Source: Thermoproteus tenax Kra 1 (GTDB lineage Archaea > Thermoproteota > Thermoprotei > Thermoproteales > Thermoproteaceae). From it: 32,000 bases of DNA. The stretch spans positions 420,001 to 452,000 of the forward strand of contig NC_016070.1 in assembly GCF_000253055.1 (NCBI RefSeq), in the 5' to 3' direction. Position 1 is the stretch's first letter, and each line of letters begins with the position of its first letter. Positions 1 to 8,412 of this stretch are shown here, piece after piece. A model generated the notes under the pieces. That model searched no databases and was not told the DNA's origin. It worked only from the letters and a program-made list of their open reading frames with translations. The translations under genes and the position numbers were made by a program.

Positions 1-262
1 AGGTACCTCTTCAATGTGTCTATATCGAGGTTGCACCCGTTTTTGTTCAACCATCTCAACATCATTGAGAGGATGAGCTGTGCGTTGTGATCCCCCAGGA
101 GCTCCCTCAGAGCTCCGTAGGTCCGCCACGGCTCCTCCAGGAGTATTTTGTCGAAGGGGTACCCGAAGGCGGCGAGGGACTTGTAGTGGATCAGAGCCCT
201 CAGACTGAAGTCCATGGAGGAGTAGAACTTCACGAGGAGCTCTCTGGTGAGACACCCTCCCA
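1..262 (-). CDS. Partial hypothetical protein, continues past the left window edge
   Basis: Open frame on the minus strand from ATG (260-262) to the window edge: MGGCLTRELLVKFYSSMDFSLRALIHYKSLAAFGYPFDKILLEEPWRTYGALRELLGDHNAQLILSMMLRWLNKNGCNLDIDTLKRYL... It was not in the ORF track because it is truncated. No family recognised. Confidence 0.5.
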
Positions 263-362
263 TGTAGGGTAGTTCGTAACTTAATTATATTTCTTACGTT
301 ATATTTTACGGCTGTAACAGAGGATTTCCCGCAAATCGCTGTAAAAGCCCCAGCTAAAATAC

Positions 363-379
363 GCCCCCCCCCCCCCCCC
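363..379. repeat. Homopolymeric C tract (about 16-17 nt)
   Basis: Direct reading: a long uninterrupted C run in the intergenic region between the partial minus gene (start 262) and the GTG at 459. Confidence 0.95.
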
Positions 380-458
380 GATAAAGAACAGCTTACGCGT
401 GCGCCTGCCGTAGCAACCTCCGATTATATAGTATATTAATTGGGATGTTGTATTATTC

Positions 459-1487
459 GTGGACTTTGCGCCCTACTTGCTTAAGGGCATGACTTTAGTA
501 TACGGCCCGCCTGGCAGCGGCAAGACCTCCTTCGTTGTCCGCCTAGCTCTGCTTGCGAGGAAGAAAGTCCTCTGGATCTCTACATCGGACAGCGAGGAGT
601 TCTTCAGAGCTGTCCTCAGGAGGTTGAACGCGCCGGAGGAGAAGTTCGAGTTCTACCACTTCCCGCGCGCTCTGCGCGAGAATATAACTAAATATGCGAT
701 GGAGAAAGGCGAGGACTACGGCATGGTCGTTGTGGATCCCTTAAACGGCATTATCTCAAGGGAGGAGGATCCCACCTCCTTCGTCCACACGACGTTGTAT
801 CAATTGTCCATGGATGTGCCCGTCGTTGTAACTCTCGAGGGAGGGCCGGGCAGACTCCCCTATATAGCCGACCACGTGGTGAAGGTCTGGTATAAAGTGA
901 ACTCCGTGGGGCACGTCATAAGATATATACAGCTCACCAAGTCTAGGTCTGCTCCGCCGAGCCCCCGCTATCTGTTCGATATAATCGAGGGGCGCGGTCT
1001 GGCATATGTGAAGCCGGTCGAGAAGGTCCTTGCGCAGAACGAGGAATATAAAGTGGACGAGAGGCTCGGCGTGCCCGTCTTCAAGGGCGCGATGATCGGC
1101 GTCTTCTCCGACGATGAGTCCAAGGTATCCGAGAAGGTGCAGCCCTTCTTGGACGACGAAAAATCCTATCTGTTGGTTATATCGCCATTCAGCATATCCC
1201 GGAGGCTCAGAGTCCCTCCTGAGAGGGCGGTCGTGGCCGCTTCCTTCAACGACCTCATGAGGTTCTACTCCAGAGTGGTGACGGGCGAGGTGGAGCCCAG
1301 ATATTTGGTGGTCACGGGGCTCCTCCCGGTCGAGAAGCTGTCGCCTGGGGAGGCGGCCGACTATATATTGGTGTTGGGCCCCATGTCGGTTAAAGCCGAG
1401 CTGACGTTAGTGGCCGACGTGGCCAACCCGGAGGAGGTCAGAAAAAACTATGTTTATCAAGCTATGAACCAAAATATAGTGGTTTAG
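459..1487 (+). CDS. RecA/RadB-superfamily P-loop ATPase
   Basis: N-terminal Walker A 'LVYGPPGSGKTS' and a Walker B-like 'DYGMVVVDPLNG'. GTG start with an AT-rich TATA-like element ~24 nt upstream. Confidence 0.7.
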   Translation: MDFAPYLLKGMTLVYGPPGSGKTSFVVRLALLARKKVLWISTSDSEEFFRAVLRRLNAPEEKFEFYHFPRALRENITKYAMEKGEDYGMVVVDPLNGIISREEDPTSFVHTTLYQLSMDVPVVVTLEGGPGRLPYIADHVVKVWYKVNSVGHVIRYIQLTKSRSAPPSPRYLFDIIEGRGLAYVKPVEKVLAQNEEYKVDERLGVPVFKGAMIGVFSDDESKVSEKVQPFLDDEKSYLLVISPFSISRRLRVPPERAVVAASFNDLMRFYSRVVTGEVEPRYLVVTGLLPVEKLSPGEAADYILVLGPMSVKAELTLVADVANPEEVRKNYVYQAMNQNIVV

Positions 1488-1621
1488 AAGATTCCTCCTC
1501 CAGAGTTGGTGCCAGTGGGGCTGATAACGCCCAAGAGGGCTAGGGCGAGCGCCAGAGCGAATATGCCTCCTTCTACAAACCGCAACACTGTGACTTTCTT
1601 GTTGGCTTGGCCCGCGTTCAT
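1484..1621 (-). CDS. Small single-pass membrane protein (45 aa)
   Basis: ATG at 1621 on the minus strand: MNAGQANKKVTVLRFVEGGIFALALALALLGVISPTGTNSGGGIF*. A TATA-like TTTTAATAG lies ~24 nt upstream, and there is one hydrophobic helix. Below the length cutoff of the supplied track. The stop overlaps the 3' end of the 459-1487 gene. Confidence 0.5.
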   Translation of the reverse strand: MNAGQANKKVTVLRFVEGGIFALALALALLGVISPTGTNSGGGIF

Positions 1622-1765
1622 ATCATTTCGATAAATCACTATTAAAATTTTGGTAATATCAGTATAGTAATATTATAGTTTATTATTATTTTATTACAAT
1701 ATGTTTATTGATTTCGGATTGTAGATAGAGGGGGCGTGTTTTTAAATATTGGCCGCCGAAGTCCT

Positions 1766-2974
1766 GTGGCCGAGGTGGAGCCCATAAGGGGGTCCCTCAG
1801 CGGTCTGCTCAGAGGAGTCCGCACGGCGCTCGTCGTCACCTCGGGCATCTCCCTCTACAAGTCTGTGGATCTGGCCAGGCTCCTCATCCGACACGGCGCA
1901 GAGGTGCGCGTGGTTATGTCGAGGAAGGCGGCGGAGCTCGTCAGCCCAGAGCTCTTCAGATGGGCCACGGGCGTCAGGCCTGTGGCCAAACTGACGGGGA
2001 GGGCGGAGCACGTGTCCATCTGTGCATCCTCCCAGCTTCTGGTGGTCGCCCCAGCGACGGCGAACACAGTGGCCAAGGCCTCGTTGGGCATAGCCGACGA
2101 CGTCGCGACCACCTGTATCCACGCCGCGCTTGGGGCGGGGGCCAGGGCTGTGTTCGTGCCCACTATGAATTTGTCCATGTGGAGAAACCCGGCGTTTCAA
2201 GAGGCGCTCGACAGGCTGAAGTCGTGGGGGGCCCTCGTCGTAGAGCCGAAGTTCGAAGAGGGCAAGGCCAAGTACCCCGACGTTGAGGAAGTGGCGGAGG
2301 CGGCCATAGACGCGACGGCGCCGAGGGATATGCGGGGCCTCAAAGTATTGGTGACCGCCGGCCCCACCCACGAGCACTTAGACGATGTAAAGTATATATC
2401 TACGCCGAGCTCAGGCCTCACGGGTGTATACTTTGCACGCGAGGCGGCGGCCAGAGGGGCCGAGGTGACCCTTGTGGCGGGCCCAGGCGTTAGAGCGCCC
2501 CCGGGGGTGAGGGCGGTTCCCGCAGTCTCTGTGTTGGACATGCATAAGGCCGTCCTCGAGCTGGCGCCCCACCAAGACCTCATGGTCTTCGCGGCGGCTC
2601 CCCTCGACTTCTACGTCGAGGGGAGGATCTCGGGCAAGATCGACAGCTCCCTCCCCTTCTACACCGTGAGGCTGATCAGAGCGCCGAAGATGGCCTCTGA
2701 GGCCAGGAGGCTCAACCCGAGGGCCGTCATCGTAGGCTTCAAGGCCGAGCACGGCGCCTCTGAAGAGGAGCTCTTGCGCAAGGCCGAGGCCAGAATGAAA
2801 GAGGGCGGCTGGGACTTGGCGTTGGCCCACGACGTCTCCAGAATGGGCTTCGGCACGCTCAAGGACAAATACATAGTGTTATATAGAGACGGGAGGAGGG
2901 AGGCCTTGGGTCCCGCCCACAAGAGGGAGCTGGCCAGAGAGGTGTTGACAAGAGCGCTCTCCCTAAGGAGATGA
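1766..2974 (+). CDS. coaBC: Bifunctional phosphopantothenoylcysteine decarboxylase / phosphopantothenate-cysteine ligase (CoaBC)
   Basis: Flavoprotein-like N-terminus 'TALVVTSGISLYKSVDLARLLIRHGAEVRVVMS', 'ATANTVAKASLGIADD', 'PTMNLSMWRNP', then the ligase domain 'VLVTAGPTHEHLDDVKYISTPSSGLTG'. The track start is 1736, but GTG at 1766 is ~24 nt after TTTAAATA and is preferred. Confidence 0.92.
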   Translation: MAEVEPIRGSLSGLLRGVRTALVVTSGISLYKSVDLARLLIRHGAEVRVVMSRKAAELVSPELFRWATGVRPVAKLTGRAEHVSICASSQLLVVAPATANTVAKASLGIADDVATTCIHAALGAGARAVFVPTMNLSMWRNPAFQEALDRLKSWGALVVEPKFEEGKAKYPDVEEVAEAAIDATAPRDMRGLKVLVTAGPTHEHLDDVKYISTPSSGLTGVYFAREAAARGAEVTLVAGPGVRAPPGVRAVPAVSVLDMHKAVLELAPHQDLMVFAAAPLDFYVEGRISGKIDSSLPFYTVRLIRAPKMASEARRLNPRAVIVGFKAEHGASEEELLRKAEARMKEGGWDLALAHDVSRMGFGTLKDKYIVLYRDGRREALGPAHKRELAREVLTRALSLRR

Positions 2975-3159
2975 AGTACGCCGCGGTGGTCTGCCCCAAG
3001 TGCGGCATGGCCAGCGCAACGCGCCTAGACGCCAAGAGGCACGTCTGCCCCTACTGCGGCCGCCTAATAGACCTTGACAGAGCGCCTATAATCTACTCGG
3101 GCTCCGCCCGGGAGGTGAGAAAAGCTGTAGCTGAGTACAACTCTAGACGGCCTCGATAA
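2971..3159 (+). CDS. Small zinc-ribbon protein
   Basis: CPKCG...CPYCG paired CxxC motifs in 62 aa. ATGA overlap with the coaBC stop. Confidence 0.7.
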   Translation: MKYAAVVCPKCGMASATRLDAKRHVCPYCGRLIDLDRAPIIYSGSAREVRKAVAEYNSRRPR

Positions 3160-5365
3160 AGTCGGTGGGCTTTGGTATCTCCTCCTTAAGCCCCTTCCTC
3201 TTCCTTATCTGTTTAACCAAGTCCTGCAACATGGAGTCAGGCACTGAGGCCCAGCGCGAGAACTGCATGGACCAGAATATCTTGCCCGTGGCCGCCGCCC
3301 TCAGCTCGTCGCTGATTGTGAAAGACTCCAACACGGGGAGCTCGGCCCTTATCATGGCCATATACTCCTCTTGAGTCATATCCAAGATCTTTCCTCTGTG
3401 TTTGTTCAACACGCCGGTGACGGCGCCTATATAGTCTGGGTGCACCTTTATGTCCAACTTGAGGAGCGGCTCCAAGAGTGTGGGCTTGGCCGAGAGGAAG
3501 GCGGCGAACATGGCGTTCTTCGTGGCTGGCATTATCTGCGCGGGGCCGCGGTGGGCCGGATCCTCGTGAACCACTGCGTCGGTCAACACGACCTTCAGTC
3601 CCCTTATGGGCTCTTGGGCCAGCGGCCCGGCCTCAGTGGCCCATCGGAACCCCTGCACTATGTAGTCTCTTATCTCGCGGAGGTACTGAATGCCGGAGGT
3701 TTTGTCCACCAGGACGTTGAAGTAGCGGTCGTCTATGGCCCAGATGCCCCTCGCCTCGTCTGTGTCCCAACCGGCCTTCTCCCTCAACAGCTTTGCCCTC
3801 TCCCTCGGGTCCATCTCCTCCGTTATCTCCCTTGTGGCTATCATCTCTATTGTGGTCTCGTCGAGCGGCTCCACGTAGAAGTAGAGGCGGTTGTGTTTGT
3901 TGGGCGATTTGCCCTCAAACACCTCGGACCTAGCTCTGACAGCCTCGCGGAACCTTATCAACGGCTGCGACACTGTGAAGTCGAGCTTTGTCCTCTCCTT
4001 CAACAGCCACGCCGCGATCTCAAGGTGTAGAGTGCCCACGCCGGAGAGCAGTATCTGGCCCGTCTCTTGGTCTATCTTGAGGTCGAGCGTCGGGTCCTCT
4101 ATGACCAGCTCCTTGAGCGCCTCCACGAGCTTGGCCAAGTCCGCCGGGTTCTTGGGCTCTATGGCCACGGTGACCACGGGCTCCGAGATATACTTCATCC
4201 TCTCGAAGGGCGGTATCCCGCTGTAGTTCGCCGCAACGATAGTGTCGCCGGCTCTGGCGTCGTCGGTGCCCAGAAGGGCCACTATATTTCCGGCCGGCAT
4301 ATAGGGCACGACGATGCGCGAGGGGCCCATGTAGATATAGGTCTGTAGCACCTTCCTCTTGCTTTTGGCCCCTATGATGTAGACCTCGTCGCCCTCTCTG
4401 ATAGTGCCCGAGAAGATCCTCCCGGTGGTGATGAGGCCGGCGTGTGGGTCGACGTTGACCTTGCTCACGGCTATGACGGCGGGCCCGTTGGGGTCGGCCG
4501 ACAAGAGGGCCTTGCCAACATCGCTGTTGAGGTCGCCTCTCCACAGCCTCGGGATGCGGTACTTCTGGGCCACGTTGGGCGGCGGGATGTGCTCGATTAT
4601 CATGGACAAGAGGGTCTTGTAGAGCGGGAAGTCGGCGGCCAACTTGTCCACATAGCCCTTCTCGTAGGCGTCAACTATGTTGCTGAACTTGAGGCCGGCC
4701 TTCTGGGCCATGGGTATAGTTATGCCCCACTTATGGAGGGCGGAGCCGAGGGCCACTTGCCCTTTGGCTGGATCGACCTTCCAAGAGTCTTTGAACTCCG
4801 GCGGCCCGAACATATCGATCAAGGCGTTGAACTCCTTGACTATTGTGAGGATGCGCTGCATGATCTCCTGCGGAGAGAGGCGCAGCTCCTTGATGAGGCG
4901 ATCTATCTTGTTGATGAAGAGGACCGGCCTGACGTACTCCTCCAGAGCCTGCCTCACCACAGTCTCAGTCTGAGTCATCACGCCCTCGACTGCGTCGACG
5001 ACCACTAGGCCGCCGTCCATTACCCTCAACGAGCGCGTCACATGGCCCGTGAAGTCGACGTGGCCCGGCGTATCGACGAAGTTTATCAGATACGGCTTGC
5101 CCTGGTGTTCGAAGTAGAGCGATATGTTGGCGGCCTTGACGGTCATCTGCCTCAGCTGCTCTATCTCGACGTAGTCCATCGCGAGCGCCTTGCCGGCGAC
5201 TTTGGGGGATAGGAGGCCTGCCCCCATGAGGAGTGAGTCTGAGGTGGTCGTCTTGCCGTGGTCTACGTGGGCAAGTGTGCCTGCGTTTCGTATCTGGGCG
5301 GGGTTCTTGGCTATGGCCAATATCTCATCCAACTGCTTCTCCACTATTCTGACGACGCTCGACAT
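3143..5365 (-). CDS. fusA: Translation elongation factor EF-2
   Basis: 'AGTLAHVDHGKTTTSDSLL', 'VDTPGHVDFTGHVTRSLRVMDGGLVVVDAVEG', 'FINKIDR', full-length domains. ATG at 5365 (MSSVVRIVEKQL) lies 25 nt after TTTATACC, and the track start (5407) is upstream of this. Confidence 0.98.
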   Translation of the reverse strand: MSSVVRIVEKQLDEILAIAKNPAQIRNAGTLAHVDHGKTTTSDSLLMGAGLLSPKVAGKALAMDYVEIEQLRQMTVKAANISLYFEHQGKPYLINFVDTPGHVDFTGHVTRSLRVMDGGLVVVDAVEGVMTQTETVVRQALEEYVRPVLFINKIDRLIKELRLSPQEIMQRILTIVKEFNALIDMFGPPEFKDSWKVDPAKGQVALGSALHKWGITIPMAQKAGLKFSNIVDAYEKGYVDKLAADFPLYKTLLSMIIEHIPPPNVAQKYRIPRLWRGDLNSDVGKALLSADPNGPAVIAVSKVNVDPHAGLITTGRIFSGTIREGDEVYIIGAKSKRKVLQTYIYMGPSRIVVPYMPAGNIVALLGTDDARAGDTIVAANYSGIPPFERMKYISEPVVTVAIEPKNPADLAKLVEALKELVIEDPTLDLKIDQETGQILLSGVGTLHLEIAAWLLKERTKLDFTVSQPLIRFREAVRARSEVFEGKSPNKHNRLYFYVEPLDETTIEMIATREITEEMDPRERAKLLREKAGWDTDEARGIWAIDDRYFNVLVDKTSGIQYLREIRDYIVQGFRWATEAGPLAQEPIRGLKVVLTDAVVHEDPAHRGPAQIMPATKNAMFAAFLSAKPTLLEPLLKLDIKVHPDYIGAVTGVLNKHRGKILDMTQEEYMAMIRAELPVLESFTISDELRAAATGKIFWSMQFSRWASVPDSMLQDLVKQIRKRKGLKEEIPKPTDFIEAV

Positions 5366-5435
5366 GCCCCTCCTTTGTGTGGAGGGTATAAATGTGTTTA
5401 CGAACATCGAAGCGTAAAGGAGGGGCTACTGTCAT

Positions 5436-5445
5436 TATTTATATT
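5436..5445 (+). promoter_or_regulatory. TATA-like element of the encapsulin-fusion gene
   Basis: ATTTATATTA centred ~24 nt before ATG 5464. Fits a leaderless transcript. Confidence 0.6.
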
Positions 5446-5463
5446 ATGAATAATGTAGCTATT

Positions 5464-6516
5464 ATGTTCTCGAAAAACCCGGTGGAGATAGTCCGAGATA
5501 AGAAGCTGAGCTCCGCCGAGGTGGCGGACGCTCTCAGGCTGGCTATGGCGGCCGAGATAGACGCAATAAACCTATATCTACAATTGGCGAGACTTATAGA
5601 TGACGAGAAGATAAGAGGAGTGTTCGAGGACGTGGCGAGGGAGGAGAAGACCCACTTGGGCGAGTTCTTGGAGGCTCTAAAACGGCTCGACCCTACGCAG
5701 GCCGAGGAGCTCGAGGCGGGCGCCCGAGAAGTGGCCCAACAGGCGGGAGAGGGGAGCAGAGATCCTCCCCAAGGCCCCTCGGCTTTGTCTGAGGAGGACA
5801 TAAGGCTCATAACGGAGAGGGTTAGGCAGAGGGCCGCATCCCTCAGAAAGCTCAGGCGCGTGTTCTCCATATTCTCAGCAGGCCCCGAGGCGGACGTCGT
5901 GCCGCTTGAGGAGACAGCACCGGGAGACGTCTTTACAGCAAAAAGGCGCCAGATACCTCTTACTGAGATCTCGGTCAAGTTCTCAATATCGCAGAGACAG
6001 ATAGATTATTCCAGGAGACAGGGCCAGCCCCTATACTCTGCGACAGCCGACGCGGCCGTCCTCAAGCTCGTTGAGCTTGAGGAATCGCATCTGTTGAACT
6101 CGCTGACGTCCGACGATAGGATAGGCAGAATGGCTCTGTCGCAATGGAGCTCGCCGGGCGAGGCGTTGGGCGATGTAGCTAAGGCGGCGGCTCAGTTGAT
6201 CAAAGGCTACATCCCGGAGCCCTACGTCCTCCTAGTGGGCCCCGAAAGATACGCCAAACTCTTGACAATATCCGAGAGAGCTGGCTTGACAGAGTTGGAG
6301 CGAGTTAAGGGCATAGTGAGGGAGGTCGTCGTGTTGCCTCAACTGAGGGAGGAGGCCGTGGTCGCATCGGCGGATCCCTCGGTCGTGGACGTGGCCGTTG
6401 GAGCCGACACGTCGCTCTCCTTCCTTGGGCCCAGCGATGGGGAGCACCTCTTCAGGCTCTGGGAGACAATCGCCCTCAGAATAAAGAATCCTCAGGGGGT
6501 CGTCCTACTGAAATAG
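5464..6516 (+). CDS. Encapsulin shell protein with N-terminal fused ferritin-like domain
   Basis: N-terminus 'AMAAEIDAINLYLQLARLIDDEKIRGVFEDVAREEKTHLGEFLEAL' is a ferritin-like helix pair with E..EExxH metal ligands. C-terminus 'IPLTEISVKFSISQRQIDYSRRQGQ..', 'GYIPEPYVLLVGPERYAKLL', 'GIVREVVVLPQLREEAVVAS', 'VAVGADTSLSFLGPSDGEHLFRLWETIALRIKNPQGVVLL' follows the family-1 encapsulin (linocin M18-like) pattern. The track start of 5392 is probably too long. Confidence 0.87.
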   Translation: MFSKNPVEIVRDKKLSSAEVADALRLAMAAEIDAINLYLQLARLIDDEKIRGVFEDVAREEKTHLGEFLEALKRLDPTQAEELEAGAREVAQQAGEGSRDPPQGPSALSEEDIRLITERVRQRAASLRKLRRVFSIFSAGPEADVVPLEETAPGDVFTAKRRQIPLTEISVKFSISQRQIDYSRRQGQPLYSATADAAVLKLVELEESHLLNSLTSDDRIGRMALSQWSSPGEALGDVAKAAAQLIKGYIPEPYVLLVGPERYAKLLTISERAGLTELERVKGIVREVVVLPQLREEAVVASADPSVVDVAVGADTSLSFLGPSDGEHLFRLWETIALRIKNPQGVVLLK

Positions 6517-6544
6517 ATCTAGTTTTTATCGCCGTTCTTGAACC

Positions 6545-6760
6545 TGGGTCTTATGGACGGACGGCCTCCGACAGATAAGGGGAGTTATTGGCGCGATACT
6601 GTTGGCCGTCCCACGGCGTCTCCGGCCCTCTCAGAGGGCTCACGCTCTGCCCCCGCCAGATGCCCGGACGGGCAAGGCAGAGGGGCCGGCCGATTCGGAT
6701 GCGCCCTCCGCCGCTCGGGCGCGGCCGGCCCACTCAGCCTTAAATAGTGGGCTGAGGCCG
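6545..6760 (+). ncRNA. Candidate structured non-coding RNA, unidentified; strand tentative
   Basis: Stems: GGACGGCC(6559-6566)/GGCCGTCC(6604-6611) extended by GACAG/CTGTT; CCGGCCC(6622-6628)/GGGCCGG(6683-6689) stacked on CTCTGCC(6645-6651)/GGCAGAG(6676-6682); TGCCC-GGAC-GGGCA(6661-6674); GGCCGGCC(6684-6691)/GGCCGGCC(6723-6730) enclosing GCGCCC/GGGCGC; CTCAGCC(6733-6739)/GGCTGAG(6750-6756). TATA-like TTTTTATC sits at 6523-6530. Confidence 0.4.
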
Positions 6761-6922
6761 ACCCCCAGCAGAGCCGGGGACGGCGGTGTACATCGCACTG
6801 ATAGCTTCAGCGCAAATCCCCAGGCGGTCTTCGCGGGCACCACCACGGCGAGGGCTCTAGGCCGCTGACGGCGCCGCCTCTCCCCGCCGTAAAGGATATA
6901 TAGATTTTTTAACTCCCCGCCA

Positions 6923-7834
6923 ATGTATATAGGGAGGGCCCCCTCGACGAGCGCCAACTTGGGCAGCGGCTTCGACGTAGTGGCCGTGGCGCACGACGCC
7001 TACTACGCTGAGGCCTACGCCTCTGTGGGGTCCGGTTGCGGAGTGCACGTGAAGTTCAAGGGCTACGACCCGGGCCCGGACAACACAGTGGCCAGAGCCT
7101 TTAGGCGGCTTTTTGAGACGTTGGGCGTCTGTCGATATGTCGAGATAGTAGTTGAGAACAAGATACCTGTGGCGCGAGGCCTGGGGAGCAGCGGGGCGGC
7201 CTCCGTGGCAGCGATAGCTGCGTTCCTCGAGGAGGCGGGGCTGAGAGTGGACCCCAGAGTTGTAGTCGAGGCGGCCGGCTACGGCGAGGCGGCCGCGGCG
7301 GGGTCGCCCCACTACGACAATGCGGCCGGCGCCGCCTTGGGAGGCGCCGTGGTTATAACTTCTCTGTCGCCGCTGGACCTCGTGAAGTTCAGCCCGCGCC
7401 TCACCTTCGTCGTGGGGGTCCCCGATGTTCCGCCCCTCAAGAGCAAGACCAAGGCCATGAGGGAGGTCCTGCCGAGGGCCGTGGAATTCTCCACATATGT
7501 GAGACAGATCGCCAGAGTCTCGGCCCTAGTCTCCGGCCTGGCCAGATCAGATCCAGCCCTAGTGGCCAGAGGGATGGCCGACGAAGTTGTAGAGCCCGCG
7601 CGGACTAAGTTTGTCCCCGCCTACGATAGAGCGAGGCGCTACGCGCTGGAGGCGGGGGCACTGGGGTTCTGCATCTCCGGGGCTGGGCCCTCCGTGTTGG
7701 CCCTAGTCGAGGAGAGGGACGCAGACGCTGTGAAGGAGGCGATCGCCAGAGCCTACGCCGAGGAGGGCATAAGGGCTGAGGTCAAGGTGGCGTCCACTAC
7801 GGAGGGGGCGTTGAGATATTGGGGCGAAAAATAA
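6923..7834 (+). CDS. thrB: Homoserine kinase (GHMP kinase family)
   Basis: '[26 protein letters not shown]', '[18 protein letters not shown]' (GHMP ATP motif), C-terminal '[16 protein letters not shown]'. TATATAG ~24 nt upstream. Confidence 0.9.
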   Translation: MYIGRAPSTSANLGSGFDVVAVAHDAYYAEAYASVGSGCGVHVKFKGYDPGPDNTVARAFRRLFETLGVCRYVEIVVENKIPVARGLGSSGAASVAAIAAFLEEAGLRVDPRVVVEAAGYGEAAAAGSPHYDNAAGAALGGAVVITSLSPLDLVKFSPRLTFVVGVPDVPPLKSKTKAMREVLPRAVEFSTYVRQIARVSALVSGLARSDPALVARGMADEVVEPARTKFVPAYDRARRYALEAGALGFCISGAGPSVLALVEERDADAVKEAIARAYAEEGIRAEVKVASTTEGALRYWGEK

Positions 7835-7856
7835 TAATAGGTTTGGAGAAGATACC

Positions 7857-8411
7857 GTGAGTTTGACGAAAAACTTGATCGAGAGGATAGCCTCCTACAT
7901 TCCCGGCTACGCTGGCTATAAAGAGAGGGAGATAAGGAGGGAGGCGGACGCGCTGGTGAGGAGGCGGATCGCCTCAGATCTCGCCGCAGCGAAGGCCAAG
8001 CTCGCCCTGCCTATAACCTCCGCGCGCCAGGTGGCCTCAAATCCCGACGCCATGTATCTGTGGGATGCAGCAAGGGCGTGGCTCGATAGAGTCATCCAGA
8101 GGATAGACAAAGCCCCCGAGGGCTACTCGGGCTTCTTCGACTTAGTCAAAGTGGACGAACAAGCCTTGGACAGACTCTACGAGATGGACCTCTCTCTGTT
8201 GGACAAGGCGTCAGCAGTCGCCAAGGCGGTCGACGAAATTGCCGCTCTGCAGCCGGCCTCGGAGGATTGGATGAAGAAGATGAGGGAGTTGATATCGCTC
8301 TTGTCCCAACTTGATGCCTCAATAGACGAGAGGAGCAACTATATAGCTGGGCTGGCCGGCGTGAGGAAGCAGGGCGGAGATCTGTTGAGGAGGGCTCTAG
8401 GAAGACAATAG
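7857..8411 (+). CDS. Conserved archaeal hypothetical protein, helical/coiled-coil
   Basis: 184-aa charged helical frame starting at GTG 7857, directly downstream of thrB and upstream of the degraded SPFH-like gene. Confidence 0.6.
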   Translation: MSLTKNLIERIASYIPGYAGYKEREIRREADALVRRRIASDLAAAKAKLALPITSARQVASNPDAMYLWDAARAWLDRVIQRIDKAPEGYSGFFDLVKVDEQALDRLYEMDLSLLDKASAVAKAVDEIAALQPASEDWMKKMRELISLLSQLDASIDERSNYIAGLAGVRKQGGDLLRRALGRQ

Positions 8412-8412
8412 C

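Noticed and set aside
3371-5008. ORFs such as 3371..4030 +, 4020..4544 - and 4442..5008 + inside EF-2
   Set aside because: Shadow frames of the highly conserved EF-2 gene on the minus strand.
5464-6516. Prophage capsid interpretation of the HK97-fold gene
   Set aside because: No terminase, portal, protease or tail genes nearby; flanked by EF-2 and homoserine kinase. The ferritin-like fusion fits an encapsulin nanocompartment.
6545-6892. Identification as SRP 7S RNA or RNase P RNA
   Set aside because: I looked for the SRP helix-8 GGAAG/AGCAG motif and the RNase P CR-I/CR-V motifs (GAGGAAAGTCC, ACAGAA..CCGGCTTA) on both strands and did not find them. A covariance-model scan is needed, especially for the minimal type-T RNase P.
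6538-6957. Overlapping small ORFs (6538..6747, 6551..6733, 6602..6868, 6640..6957)
   Set aside because: High-GC random frames of Arg/Pro/Ala composition in all directions across a palindrome-rich spacer, with no start/TATA spacing. Better explained as a structured non-coding region.
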